Assembly: GCA_947628435.1 (NCBI GenBank)
Contig: CANQZW010000001.1
Span: 78,013 to 134,916 of the forward strand
Source of the DNA: an uncultured Bacilli bacterium
GTDB taxonomy: Bacteria > Bacillota_I > Bacilli_A > RF39 > UBA660
Reading direction: 5' to 3'
Length of the DNA: 56,904 nucleotides
Shown here: one piece after another, positions 31,097 to 40,278 of the stretch
Layout of the letters: each line of letters starts with the position of its first letter
How positions within the stretch are numbered: the stretch's first letter is position 1
The notes under the pieces: generated by a model
Told to the model about the DNA's origin: nothing
Seen by the model: only the letters and a program-made list of their open reading frames with translations
The model's database searches: none
Position numbers and translations under genes: made by a program

Positions 31097-32338
31097 TTAT
31101 TGATACTTTTTATAATAACTATTTGCCATTTCTAATGCATCATCTACGTAAGATTTTTCAATACTCTTTATTTGTTCTTCAAATTGCTTTTTAAGTGCCT
31201 CAAATTGTTTTTCATATTCATCTTCATTTTCGTCTATCTGTTTTTCTTTTATAGTTTCCTTTTCTTTTAAATATTTTTCTATTTCATTTTTATAGCTATT
31301 TCTTTTATTTTTATCGTCAAAGAATTTTTTTATTGTTTTATTACCTAATGATAATTTAACTAAATATAATAATTCCATTGTTTTTATATCTACCATGTAC
31401 TTATCATCAAAAATAATCATTCCGCCATTAATCTTAATTGAATTAAACGTACAATCTATTATTTGATTTCCTTTTTTATCTATTACGCCTGTTTTGTCAT
31501 TTAAACATACTGCTGCTAAACCATTTTGAAAATCAAATGCATAATCATAAATTGGTTTTATTACGTATTTTCCTTCTTTATTAATAAAACCATATTTTCC
31601 ATTTAATTTAACTCTTGCTAAACCTTCATGAAAACTAGATGCAAAATCATAAATTGGTTTTATTACGTATTTTCCTTCTTTGTTGATATAACCCCATTTT
31701 CCATTTAAACATACTGCTGCTAAGCCTTCATGAAAATCAGATACATAATCATATTTTTTATTTGGTTTTATTACGTATTTTCCTTCTTTATTGATATAGC
31801 CATATTTTCCATTTAATTCAACTACCGCTAAACCCTCATGAAAATTAGATACATAATCATATTTATTTTTTAGTTTTATTACTTCCTTTCCTTCTTTATT
31901 GATGTAAACCCATTTTCCATTTAAACGAACTGCTGCTAGTCCTTCATGGAAACTATGTGCATAATCATAAATTGGTTTTATTACGCATTTTCCTTCTTTA
32001 TTGATATAGCCATATTTTCCATTTAATTCAACTACCGCTAAACCCTCATGAAAATTAGATACACTATCATAAATTGGTTTTATTACTTCTTTTCCTTTTT
32101 TGTTGATATAACTCCATTTTCCATTTAAATAAACTGCTGCTAATCCTTCTTGAAAATCAGATACATTATCATAAATTGGTTTTATTACTTCTTTTCCTTC
32201 TTTATTTATATAGCCCCATTTTCTATTTAAATAAACCCTTGCTAATCCTTCATGAAAGTCAAATACATAACTATTATACTTTGATATATCTATCTTGTTT
32301 TTTATTATTGTGCTATAACTTATAACAACTTTTTCCAT
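31097..32338 (-). CDS. WG-repeat protein (8 repeats), paralog of 29629..30981
   Basis: Same repeat; near-identical N-terminus MEKVVISYSTIIKNKID and C-terminal cap QIIDCTF...YMVDIKTMELLY. Confidence 0.92.
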   Translation of the reverse strand: MEKVVISYSTIIKNKIDISKYNSYVFDFHEGLARVYLNRKWGYINKEGKEVIKPIYDNVSDFQEGLAAVYLNGKWSYINKKGKEVIKPIYDSVSNFHEGLAVVELNGKYGYINKEGKCVIKPIYDYAHSFHEGLAAVRLNGKWVYINKEGKEVIKLKNKYDYVSNFHEGLAVVELNGKYGYINKEGKYVIKPNKKYDYVSDFHEGLAAVCLNGKWGYINKEGKYVIKPIYDFASSFHEGLARVKLNGKYGFINKEGKYVIKPIYDYAFDFQNGLAAVCLNDKTGVIDKKGNQIIDCTFNSIKINGGMIIFDDKYMVDIKTMELLYLVKLSLGNKTIKKFFDDKNKRNSYKNEIEKYLKEKETIKEKQIDENEDEYEKQFEALKKQFEEQIKSIEKSYVDDALEMANSYYKKYQ

Positions 32339-32378
32339 ATAACCAAAATCTCCTTTTGAACTTTATTTTTATTATTTT

Positions 32379-32407
32379 ATTATATTGAAATTATTTATCA
32401 ATGTCAA
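32379..32407 (-). promoter_or_regulatory. consensus sigma-A promoter of WG gene 2
   Basis: TTGACA-N17-TATAAT; spacer nearly identical to that at 31012-31040. Confidence 0.8.
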
Positions 32408-32414
32408 TAATTAC

Positions 32415-32552
32415 TCCATCGCTAATCTTAATAGAATTAAATGTACAATTTATTATTTAATTTTCCTTCTTTATTTATTACACATATTTAATTTAAGTGA
32501 ACTTTTACTAATACCTTATGAAAACTAAATACATAATCATAAATTGGTTTTA
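32415..32552 (-). pseudogene. decayed fragment of a third WG-repeat gene
   Basis: CATAATCATAAATTGGTTTTAC and CCATCGCTAATCTTAATAGAATTAAATGTACAAT align by eye to the last repeat and cap at about 29930-30070 and 31425-31560. Confidence 0.75.
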
Positions 32553-32672
32553 CAATATTTAAAATTTTTATAACTATAAACTGATGTTTATGTCAAATTT
32601 ATTTCATAAATTTAATATAAATATTTTATATAAGAAATATTTTTGTTATAATTTATAATAGAGGTGAGGCAA

Positions 32673-33398
32673 ATGACAGATGATATAATTAAAAAAGTTT
32701 ATAATAAATACCTTAAGAATTGGTTTAAAAAAAATTATAAGTTTTTAATAACAATATTATTGTATATTTTATATCAAAGTAATTTTATTATTTCTTTTAT
32801 TAGTTCCTTTGGAATAAACTTTAATAAAATACCTAAGCACCCTAGAATATTTTGTTTTTTTCTATTTGACTTAGTTTATGTATTAATTTTACTAATACTG
32901 TTTAAAACAGATATAAAAAATGGTTTAAAAGATCTTAAAAAAAACTTTAATAATAGAGCAATAATATCTCTTAATTGTTGGATTATAGGTTGTCTTTTAA
33001 TGACCTTTTCTTCTATATTAATTAGTATTATTTCAAAACAAAATATCTCTGCTAACGAGGCTCTTGTTAGACAAAGTATTAAATTAGCACCACTTTATAT
33101 GTTATTTACATGTTGTTTGGTTGCACCAATATTTGAAGAATTAGTATTTAGAAAATCTCTTTATGGTCTTATTAAATTTAAATGGTTATTTATAATTTTA
33201 AGTGGACTTATCTTTGGTCTTTTACACGTTTTAGGTAGCTACAATACTCCTTTTGATTTACTATACGTAATACCTTATGGTTCTATGGGTTGCTCATTTG
33301 CTTATCTTCTTACAAAAACCAACAATATTACATTACCTATTTTAATTCATATGCTTCATAATACTATACTTGTTTTATTACAAATAATTAGAGGTTAA
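32673..33398 (+). CDS. CPBP/CAAX (Abi) intramembrane metalloprotease
   Basis: APIFEELVFRK, FGLLH, HMLHN; multiple TM segments. Confidence 0.9.
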   Translation: MTDDIIKKVYNKYLKNWFKKNYKFLITILLYILYQSNFIISFISSFGINFNKIPKHPRIFCFFLFDLVYVLILLILFKTDIKNGLKDLKKNFNNRAIISLNCWIIGCLLMTFSSILISIISKQNISANEALVRQSIKLAPLYMLFTCCLVAPIFEELVFRKSLYGLIKFKWLFIILSGLIFGLLHVLGSYNTPFDLLYVIPYGSMGCSFAYLLTKTNNITLPILIHMLHNTILVLLQIIRG

Positions 33399-33399
33399 A

Positions 33400-34224
33400 A
33401 TGGCTAACAAAGAAATAAAAAAAAGTAAAAGGAAATTAAGATGGCAAATAAAATTAATATTAATTATTACATTAATAATTTTATATGCATTTTTTATAGG
33501 AACAAAAGGTATTTTTATAAAAGATTACGTTATTAAAACAAATAAAATTGATAATAGTATGCATGGACTTAAAATATTACAATTTTCAGATATACACTAT
33601 GGCTCATCTGTAAATGATAAAATGATATTACAATTAATTAATAAAATAAATGATGCAAAACCCGATATTGTAATTTTTACTGGAGACTTAATAGATGAAA
33701 GACATAAATTAAAAGATGAAGAAAAAAAATATATTATAAAAAATCTTTCAAAAATAGAAGCTGATCTTGGAAAATATTATATAACTGGTGAAGAAGATTT
33801 TAAAGATGCAACGTCAATTCTTGATTTAGCTGATTTTATAAATCTAGATTCAAAAAATCAACAAGTATATTTAAATAGTAAAATACCAATAGAATTAATT
33901 GGTAAACAAATAGATGAAAGTTATTTTAACGACAATGATAAAACACCTTATTTTAAATTATTAATATTACATAACCCAGATGATATAAAAAAATATAAAA
34001 AATACAACATAGATATTGCTATTGCAGGTCATACACATAATGGTGGTATAAATATACCTAAATTAAAAGATATATTAATTAGTAGCGATTATAAAAAAAC
34101 TTATCAGAAAGTAAATAAAATTAAATTTTATATTAATCCAGGCATAGGAACTAGCAACATAAACGTAAGATTATTTAATCATCCTACGATTTATTTATAC
34201 AGGCTAAATAAGACGTCTAAATAG
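33400..34224 (+). CDS. membrane-anchored metallophosphoesterase (YkuE-like)
   Basis: FSDIH, FTGDLID, LHNPD, AGHTHNG. Confidence 0.85.
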   Translation: MANKEIKKSKRKLRWQIKLILIITLIILYAFFIGTKGIFIKDYVIKTNKIDNSMHGLKILQFSDIHYGSSVNDKMILQLINKINDAKPDIVIFTGDLIDERHKLKDEEKKYIIKNLSKIEADLGKYYITGEEDFKDATSILDLADFINLDSKNQQVYLNSKIPIELIGKQIDESYFNDNDKTPYFKLLILHNPDDIKKYKKYNIDIAIAGHTHNGGINIPKLKDILISSDYKKTYQKVNKIKFYINPGIGTSNINVRLFNHPTIYLYRLNKTSK

Positions 34225-34236
34225 ACGTCTTATTTA
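34206..34236. terminator. palindrome overlapping both convergent stop codons
   Basis: AAATAAGACGTCTA-AA-TAGACGTCTTATTT. Confidence 0.75.
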
Positions 34237-35428
34237 TTGGAATTACTATCTTAACCGTAGTACCTTTTTGTTCTTTAGAAAAATAAGTAATAGTACCATT
34301 ATGTCTTTCAATTATCTCTTTTGATAAGCAAACACCTAACCCCGTACCATTTTTCTTTGTTGTATAAAACGGAGTACCAATCTTTTTACAAGTTTCTTTA
34401 TCCATACCCTCGCCGTTATCTATTATTGTTATAACGTAATTTTTATTAACAACTTTACTTTCTAAAATTACTACCCCTTTTTCTTTTATTGATTCTTTTG
34501 CATTTTTAATTATATTAATTAACACTTGCTTAAGCCTATTATAATCAGCATTTATTAAAATTTCTTGATCAGTTATACGACTTTTAAATTTAATATTACC
34601 ATTAAAAGAAAGACTTACCTCATCACAAACATCTTCAATTAGCATTGTTATGTCCATCAAACTTTTTTCAACACGTATTTTAGATACATCAGAAAAATCT
34701 TTTAATAATATTAAAGTTCTATCTATTTCTTGATTAATTATGTTTATGTATTTATTAGCTTTTTTTTGATCTTTTATATTAAACATATCAAGGTATCCTT
34801 TGCAAACTGCTAAGGGGTTTTTTATTTCATGAGTTATTTTAAATAATGATTCATATAATTTTTTTTCTTTTGATATACTTTCAAGAGAATAATACATATT
34901 AACCATATTCTCTACTTTTTCATAAAACGAAGTTATTAAATAAGATATAAAATACATAATTAAAAGTACGTATATTACATAAAATATTTTAAAGGAATCT
35001 AAAATGATACTTTTAGTTGAAAAAATAATTATAAAACTAAAAATAGTATTAAATATGATAAAAACATTAATCACTTTATATTTTGATAAAAAGCAAATTA
35101 AAAGTATGATTATGTACAAAGATAATAAAAAATAAATTGAAATATCATATAACCCTGATAAAAATAAAGGTATACAAATAGATAGTATTAAAGATGGAAC
35201 TATTCTTTTTTTATATAATGCTAGTAAAAGTGGAATATTAATTATAAACGCATACAAATTAGATATATGTCCAAACCTATTACATATGTAATAACTAGAA
35301 AAGATAGCTAAATCTAAAAATAAATATCTTTCTTGTTTAAACTTAACTTTACTATAAATTAAATATAAAAAATAGCATGCTAACGGAAATAATAAATAAA
35401 TAAGATTTAAAAAAATATAAATAGCCAT
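34217..35428 (-). CDS. orphan membrane sensor histidine kinase (sporulation Kin-like)
   Basis: THEIKNPL H-box, RLKQVLINIIKNAKES, DNGEGM, PFYTTK, GTGLG; N-terminal TMs; no adjacent response regulator. Confidence 0.9.
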   Translation of the reverse strand: MAIYIFLNLIYLLFPLACYFLYLIYSKVKFKQERYLFLDLAIFSSYYICNRFGHISNLYAFIINIPLLLALYKKRIVPSLILSICIPLFLSGLYDISIYFLLSLYIIILLICFLSKYKVINVFIIFNTIFSFIIIFSTKSIILDSFKIFYVIYVLLIMYFISYLITSFYEKVENMVNMYYSLESISKEKKLYESLFKITHEIKNPLAVCKGYLDMFNIKDQKKANKYINIINQEIDRTLILLKDFSDVSKIRVEKSLMDITMLIEDVCDEVSLSFNGNIKFKSRITDQEILINADYNRLKQVLINIIKNAKESIKEKGVVILESKVVNKNYVITIIDNGEGMDKETCKKIGTPFYTTKKNGTGLGVCLSKEIIERHNGTITYFSKEQKGTTVKIVIPINKTSI

Positions 35429-35478
35429 AAAATCACCCTTTACTAGAAATGATTATACAACTATTTATTTTATTTTTT

Positions 35479-35485
35479 TGTCGAA
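35479..35485. promoter_or_regulatory. Spo0A box (0A box) upstream of the histidine kinase
   Basis: Exact TGTCGAA in an AT-rich intergenic region about 22 nt from TATAAT (35452-35457). Confidence 0.55.
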
Positions 35486-35516
35486 TTTTGTTTGATAACA
35501 TAAAAAATTGTAAAAA

Positions 35517-35831
35517 TTAATCTTCATTTAGTTGTTCAATGTATTTTTTAAGTTTTTTTGCATCTTCTTGGAAAATAATCTTAAGAGTATTATCTATTTC
35601 AACAATACCTCTTGCTCCTAATTTTTGTATTCCTTCTTTATTTACTTTGCTAACATCCTTTACGGTAACTTTAAACCTTGAAACGCTAACTTCCATATTA
35701 GTTATATTTTTAATGCCTCCTAAATATTCTACTAGCTTGTTTGCTTCATATTTAAAGTCTGGTTTATTAGCTTTAATTACAACTAAAGCAATAATTATAA
35801 GAACTGCAACAATAATAACATACTTTAACAT
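35517..35831 (-). CDS. stand-alone PTS EIIB-like protein with N-terminal TM
   Basis: LGGIKNITNMEVSVSRFKVTVKDVSKVN...LGARGI matches glucose-class EIIB pattern. Confidence 0.8.
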   Translation of the reverse strand: MLKYVIIVAVLIIIALVVIKANKPDFKYEANKLVEYLGGIKNITNMEVSVSRFKVTVKDVSKVNKEGIQKLGARGIVEIDNTLKIIFQEDAKKLKKYIEQLNED

Positions 35832-35984
35832 ATCATCACCCTAAAACAAATTATATAACAACATTAATAAAAAAGCAAGATAACAAAATAATTACAGATT
35901 AACAAGACTAGGGCTTTTAAAGTGGTACTAATTACCATTATTTGAATAAGCTAATAGTGAAAAAGATAGAAAGGGTGAAATATT

Positions 35985-36392
35985 ATGTGTGAAAATTCTA
36001 ATCCTAGTTCAAAATGTAACTGTATCGCAGAAATATTAAAAGTTATAAACATTCTTCAATGTGAAGTATGTCCTGGTGATTCTTGTTTAGAAACTTGTAC
36101 AAGAGCTTTCTTCGGACCTGCTTCATCAGTTGATTTTAACACAAGACCTGTAACTTTATATACATGTAATGGTACACAAGTTGCAATACCAGTATCAAAT
36201 ACGCCTGGTGAAACAACTACCTCAGGAACATTCAGAGTTGAAAAAGTTGATGGTTGTTGTGCTACATTAAGAGTATTAACGTATGATGAGGCATCATCAA
36301 CATATACTGCAACTAACTCATTCTTTACAATAAATACAGATTGCTTATGTGCTATAAAATGTCTAGGAGACACTTACGTTGAAGGAGTTTAA
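35985..36392 (+). CDS. CotY/CotZ family spore crust/coat protein
   Basis: CIAEILKVINILQ, NTRPVTLY, FRVEKVDGCCATLRVL, INTDCLCAIKCL. Confidence 0.88.
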   Translation: MCENSNPSSKCNCIAEILKVINILQCEVCPGDSCLETCTRAFFGPASSVDFNTRPVTLYTCNGTQVAIPVSNTPGETTTSGTFRVEKVDGCCATLRVLTYDEASSTYTATNSFFTINTDCLCAIKCLGDTYVEGV

Positions 36393-36414
36393 AAAAGGCC
36401 ACTTATGTGGTCTT

Positions 36415-36744
36415 TTATTTTATGTCATAAATTTCATCTATATAAATCTTTTCTCCTTCAAGCGTTAATAAGTAATTATCCTTAACACCAACTACTTTTT
36501 TATTCATACTTTCTCCGTTTTTGTACAAAATAATAATATCAGCTTGATAAACATAATCTGGTCTTGAAAAAATATTGTTTATTTTTTTTAAAAGTGTCAT
36601 TTTATCTACGTTTTTATCTGGTTGTTCTTTTGGTTTTTCATCTAAAGTTACATCATCTTTGCTATGATAATAAAATTCATTTTGAACTTTACTTTTTAAC
36701 TTATCAACCTTATTTTTAAAAATCTCTGGAAATTTATCACTCAT
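36415..36744 (-). CDS. hypothetical protein
   Basis: 109-aa ORF, AGGAGG RBS, shared terminator at about 36393-36416. Confidence 0.75.
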   Translation of the reverse strand: MSDKFPEIFKNKVDKLKSKVQNEFYYHSKDDVTLDEKPKEQPDKNVDKMTLLKKINNIFSRPDYVYQADIIILYKNGESMNKKVVGVKDNYLLTLEGEKIYIDEIYDIK

Positions 36745-36768
36745 AATATAATCCTCCTATGTAATTTT

Positions 36769-37926
36769 ATGTTAGTAAAAACAAAACATGATATAAAGGT
36801 GGCGATTAAAATATATAAATATAAAAAAACAAAATACTATTTATTAGTCTTTTTAATGGCTTTTTTCATTATAAGCATAATAACTATATATAGCACCTGC
36901 TCTTTTTCATCTAGTACTATGGTTTTTTCAAGACAAATAATGTGGTATTTAATTGGCCTTTTTTTAATATATCTATTATCAAAATTTAATTGTAAAAAAA
37001 TATTAGATATATCATTATTTTTATATATAATTATAAACATATTACTATTTTTATTACTTATATTTGGAAATGAAATAAATGGTTCTAAATGTTGGTTTAT
37101 GATACCAGGAATTGGTTCTTTTCAACCTAGTGAATTTGCAAAGATAATTTTAATACTAATTAACGTAACAACATTTAAATGGTTTGATAAAAAACATCCA
37201 AAAAGAAGCTTTTTAAATGACTTACAACTTTTTATAATAGTTATATTAATTACGCTAATACCTAGTATATTAACATTTCTAGAGCCAGATACAGGAATGG
37301 TAATAATTTATTTTTTAATATCACTTATTATGCTATATGTATTTGGAATAAGAAAAAGTATATTTTTTATAACGATAATAATCTTATCAATTTTTATATT
37401 TGGATTCTTATATTATTATTTTAACTATGAAAATAGTTTTATAAATACCTTTGGAACATCATTTTTTTACAGAGTAGATAGATTACTTGATTGGTCAAAT
37501 AATAGCGGTATGCAGCTTACTAACGCGATGGCCGCAATAAAAACAGCTGGATGGTTTGGTTTTGGAATAGGTAAAACTCCAATTTATATTCCTGAGGCAC
37601 ATACTGATTTTATTTTTTCAATATACGCAAGTAACTTTGGTTTAATCGGCACAATAATATTATTAATAATAATAGTATTATTTGACTATACCCTATTTAA
37701 ATTAGCTAAAGATACTAATGATAATAATTATCGTTTTATAATAACTGGTTTTTTAGCAATGATAATATATCAGCAAATACAAAACATAGCTATGAATATT
37801 GGACTGCTACCAATAACTGGAATAACTTTACCTTTTATAAGTTACGGGGGCTCTTCTTTAATTAGTTATATGATAGGCATTTCAATTATTTTAAATTATG
37901 ATAGAAAAAAAATTACACAAAAATAA
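36769..37926 (+). CDS. FtsW/RodA/SpoVE (SEDS) family protein
   Basis: FQPSEFAK, EPDTG, PEAHTDFIF, GLLPITGITLPFISYGGSS; exact start uncertain. Confidence 0.93.
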   Translation: MLVKTKHDIKVAIKIYKYKKTKYYLLVFLMAFFIISIITIYSTCSFSSSTMVFSRQIMWYLIGLFLIYLLSKFNCKKILDISLFLYIIINILLFLLLIFGNEINGSKCWFMIPGIGSFQPSEFAKIILILINVTTFKWFDKKHPKRSFLNDLQLFIIVILITLIPSILTFLEPDTGMVIIYFLISLIMLYVFGIRKSIFFITIIILSIFIFGFLYYYFNYENSFINTFGTSFFYRVDRLLDWSNNSGMQLTNAMAAIKTAGWFGFGIGKTPIYIPEAHTDFIFSIYASNFGLIGTIILLIIIVLFDYTLFKLAKDTNDNNYRFIITGFLAMIIYQQIQNIAMNIGLLPITGITLPFISYGGSSLISYMIGISIILNYDRKKITQK

Positions 37927-37958
37927 AAACCCTTATAAAATAAGGGTTTGTTTTTATT

Positions 37959-38035
37959 TGGTGACGCGTATGGGATTTGAACCCATGAATGCCGCCGTGA
38001 AAGGGCGGTGTGTTAAACCACTTCACCAACGCGCC
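37959..38035 (-). tRNA. tRNA-Glu(TTC)
   Basis: Cloverleaf; anticodon arm CCGCC-CTTTCAC-GGCGG; encoded CCA. Confidence 0.96.
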
Positions 38036-38049
38036 AGTTTAATATAAAA

Positions 38050-38126
<77 letters not shown>

Positions 38127-38293
38127 ATTTCATAATACTGGTAAAACTGACTATTTAATTCTACTATATAAAAGTTAAAAATGCAATATGTTTTTTAATT
38201 TTTTTGAAAATTTAAATAATTATTTAAAAAAAATATGTCGTAAATATTTATTAAATTTTTATGTTTAAATATCATAAGTTTTAAAGAAAGAAG

Positions 38294-39211
38294 ATGATTA
38301 TAATACTAACTGTTGGAATACCAAGAGGTCTTTTATATTATAGATATGAAACATTATGGAAAGAATTTTTTAATAATTTAAACGTTAAATATATAATTAG
38401 TGATAATAGTAATTTTAAAATACTTAAAGATGGTAAAAATAAATGTATTGATGAGGCATGTCTTTCATTAAAACTATTTATAGGACATGTTATTTCGCTT
38501 AAAGATAAGTGTGATTGTATTTTTATACCAAGGATATATTCATTAGAAAAAACTGAACAAGTTTGTACTAATTTTAATTGTCTTTATGATTTGATACATA
38601 ACTTATTTCCTGATTTAAAAATAATTAACTACAACATCGATGTTAAAAGAAAAAATACGGAAATAAAGGCTTTTATAAATTTAGGAAAGCAACTAGGTTT
38701 TAATAAAAAAGATACTATAAAAGCATATAAAATGGCTAAAGAAAAAGAAAATATTAAACAAACTTATATACAAAATTCTGCGGAACATAAATTATCTTCA
38801 AATAAGAAGAAAATATTATTATTAGGACATCCGTATAATTTAAATGATAATCTTATTGGAAAAACAGTTAGTAATTATTTATCTAAAAATAATATTGAAA
38901 TAATTTATAGTTATGAATTACCTAAAAAATACATAAATGAATACTATAAAAAAATTTCACCAAAGGTACACTGGACGATGAACAAAGAACTTTTATCAGC
39001 ATTTATGTACTATAAAGATAAAGTAGACGGAGTTATTGTATTAACCGCATTTCCATGTGGGCCTGATTCACTTACTAATGAAATGATTCTAAGAAAAAAA
39101 GGAAAAAGCAAAGTATTATTATTAACTTTTGAAGAATTATCAAGTGATGTTGCCGTAATAACAAGATTAGAAAGTTTTATCGACATGATAGAAGGATGTG
39201 TTTATGCATGA
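38294..39211 (+). CDS. acyl-CoA dehydratase activase-related protein (DUF2229-like)
   Basis: TVGIPRGL, EACLSLKLFIGHV, LLGHPYN, FPCGPDS, TRLESFID. Confidence 0.85.
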   Translation: MIIILTVGIPRGLLYYRYETLWKEFFNNLNVKYIISDNSNFKILKDGKNKCIDEACLSLKLFIGHVISLKDKCDCIFIPRIYSLEKTEQVCTNFNCLYDLIHNLFPDLKIINYNIDVKRKNTEIKAFINLGKQLGFNKKDTIKAYKMAKEKENIKQTYIQNSAEHKLSSNKKKILLLGHPYNLNDNLIGKTVSNYLSKNNIEIIYSYELPKKYINEYYKKISPKVHWTMNKELLSAFMYYKDKVDGVIVLTAFPCGPDSLTNEMILRKKGKSKVLLLTFEELSSDVAVITRLESFIDMIEGCVYA

Positions 39212-40278
39212 AAAAAATAATAAGCTTTCCACATATTGGACAATACTATCACCCTATTAAAAAATTTGTTAAGCGTACAACTAACATAAAGACCATTGAG
39301 TCCCCTTTTATAACAAAAAAAACAATTGAACTAGGTAGTAAGTATAGCCCTGATTCAGCGTGTGTACCTTTTAAATATAATTTAGGTAATTATATAGAAA
39401 CATTAGAAAATGGTGCCAACATTTTATTACAAGCTGGTGGTGGATGTAGATATAGATATTACGCAGAAGTGCAAGAAACTATTTTAAAGGACTTAGGATA
39501 TGACTTTAAATTTATTCAAATAATTGGAAAAGACCACTTACGAATTAATGAGATTTTTAATATTTTTAAAGAGTTGAATCCTAAATTATCTAAAATATAT
39601 TTTATTCATGAATTATTAAGTACTTTACTTTATATAAAGTACTTAGATGATATAGATGAATTAATAAGACACAGAATTGGTTTTGAAGTATATAAAAACT
39701 CATTTATTAAATTAAAAAATGATTTTTTAAATGAACTAGATAACACTGGTGGAATTTTTAAATTAACTTATTTATATATGAAGTATGAACATAAATTAAA
39801 GAAAATAAAAATTAAAAAACCTAAAAATACATTAAAAGTTGGAATAATTGGAGAATTATACACTGCTATGGAACCTTTTTGTACTTATGAACTTGAAAAA
39901 ATGCTTGCTCAGTATAATATAGAAATTAAACGTTTTACAAATCTTACATATTTACTTTGGAAAAAAGCTCTTTTACGGCCTTATATAAAAAGAAAAACTA
40001 AAAAATATTGTAAATATACTTTAGGGGCTGATGGACTTGATAACGTATATAGGGTTCTTTGGCTTAAGAAACATAACTATGATGGCATAATACACACAAA
40101 ACCTACTGGTTGTACACCGGAAATAGGTGCTATACCTATAATCATGAGAGCTGCTTCTGATAATAAAATGCCTATTATATTTTTATCTTTTGATGAACAA
40201 ACAAGTAGCGAGGGAATGAAAACTAGAATTGAGGCGTTTTACGATCTTTTAAACACTAGAAAGGAAAAAATAAAATGA
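39208..40278 (+). CDS. 2-hydroxyacyl-CoA dehydratase-like Fe-S protein
   Basis: SPDSACVPFK, GGGCRY, KVGIIGELY, PTGCTPE, TRIEAFYD; ATGA overlap with previous gene. Confidence 0.85.
   Translation: MKKIISFPHIGQYYHPIKKFVKRTTNIKTIESPFITKKTIELGSKYSPDSACVPFKYNLGNYIETLENGANILLQAGGGCRYRYYAEVQETILKDLGYDFKFIQIIGKDHLRINEIFNIFKELNPKLSKIYFIHELLSTLLYIKYLDDIDELIRHRIGFEVYKNSFIKLKNDFLNELDNTGGIFKLTYLYMKYEHKLKKIKIKKPKNTLKVGIIGELYTAMEPFCTYELEKMLAQYNIEIKRFTNLTYLLWKKALLRPYIKRKTKKYCKYTLGADGLDNVYRVLWLKKHNYDGIIHTKPTGCTPEIGAIPIIMRAASDNKMPIIFLSFDEQTSSEGMKTRIEAFYDLLNTRKEKIK

Noticed and set aside
29629-32552. CRISPR array or diversity-generating retroelement in the repetitive region
   Set aside because: Repeats are in-frame coding units without spacers; no cas or reverse transcriptase in the window; the 21-bp repeat has only two adjacent copies
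35900-36800. SigK/SigE promoters for cotY/Z and the 36415..36744 gene
   Set aside because: Only partial -10 matches with off-consensus spacing in very AT-rich DNA
36769-37926. Specific call spoVE, rodA or ftsW
   Set aside because: SEDS paralogs cannot be separated by eye, and the context lacks dcw or mre genes
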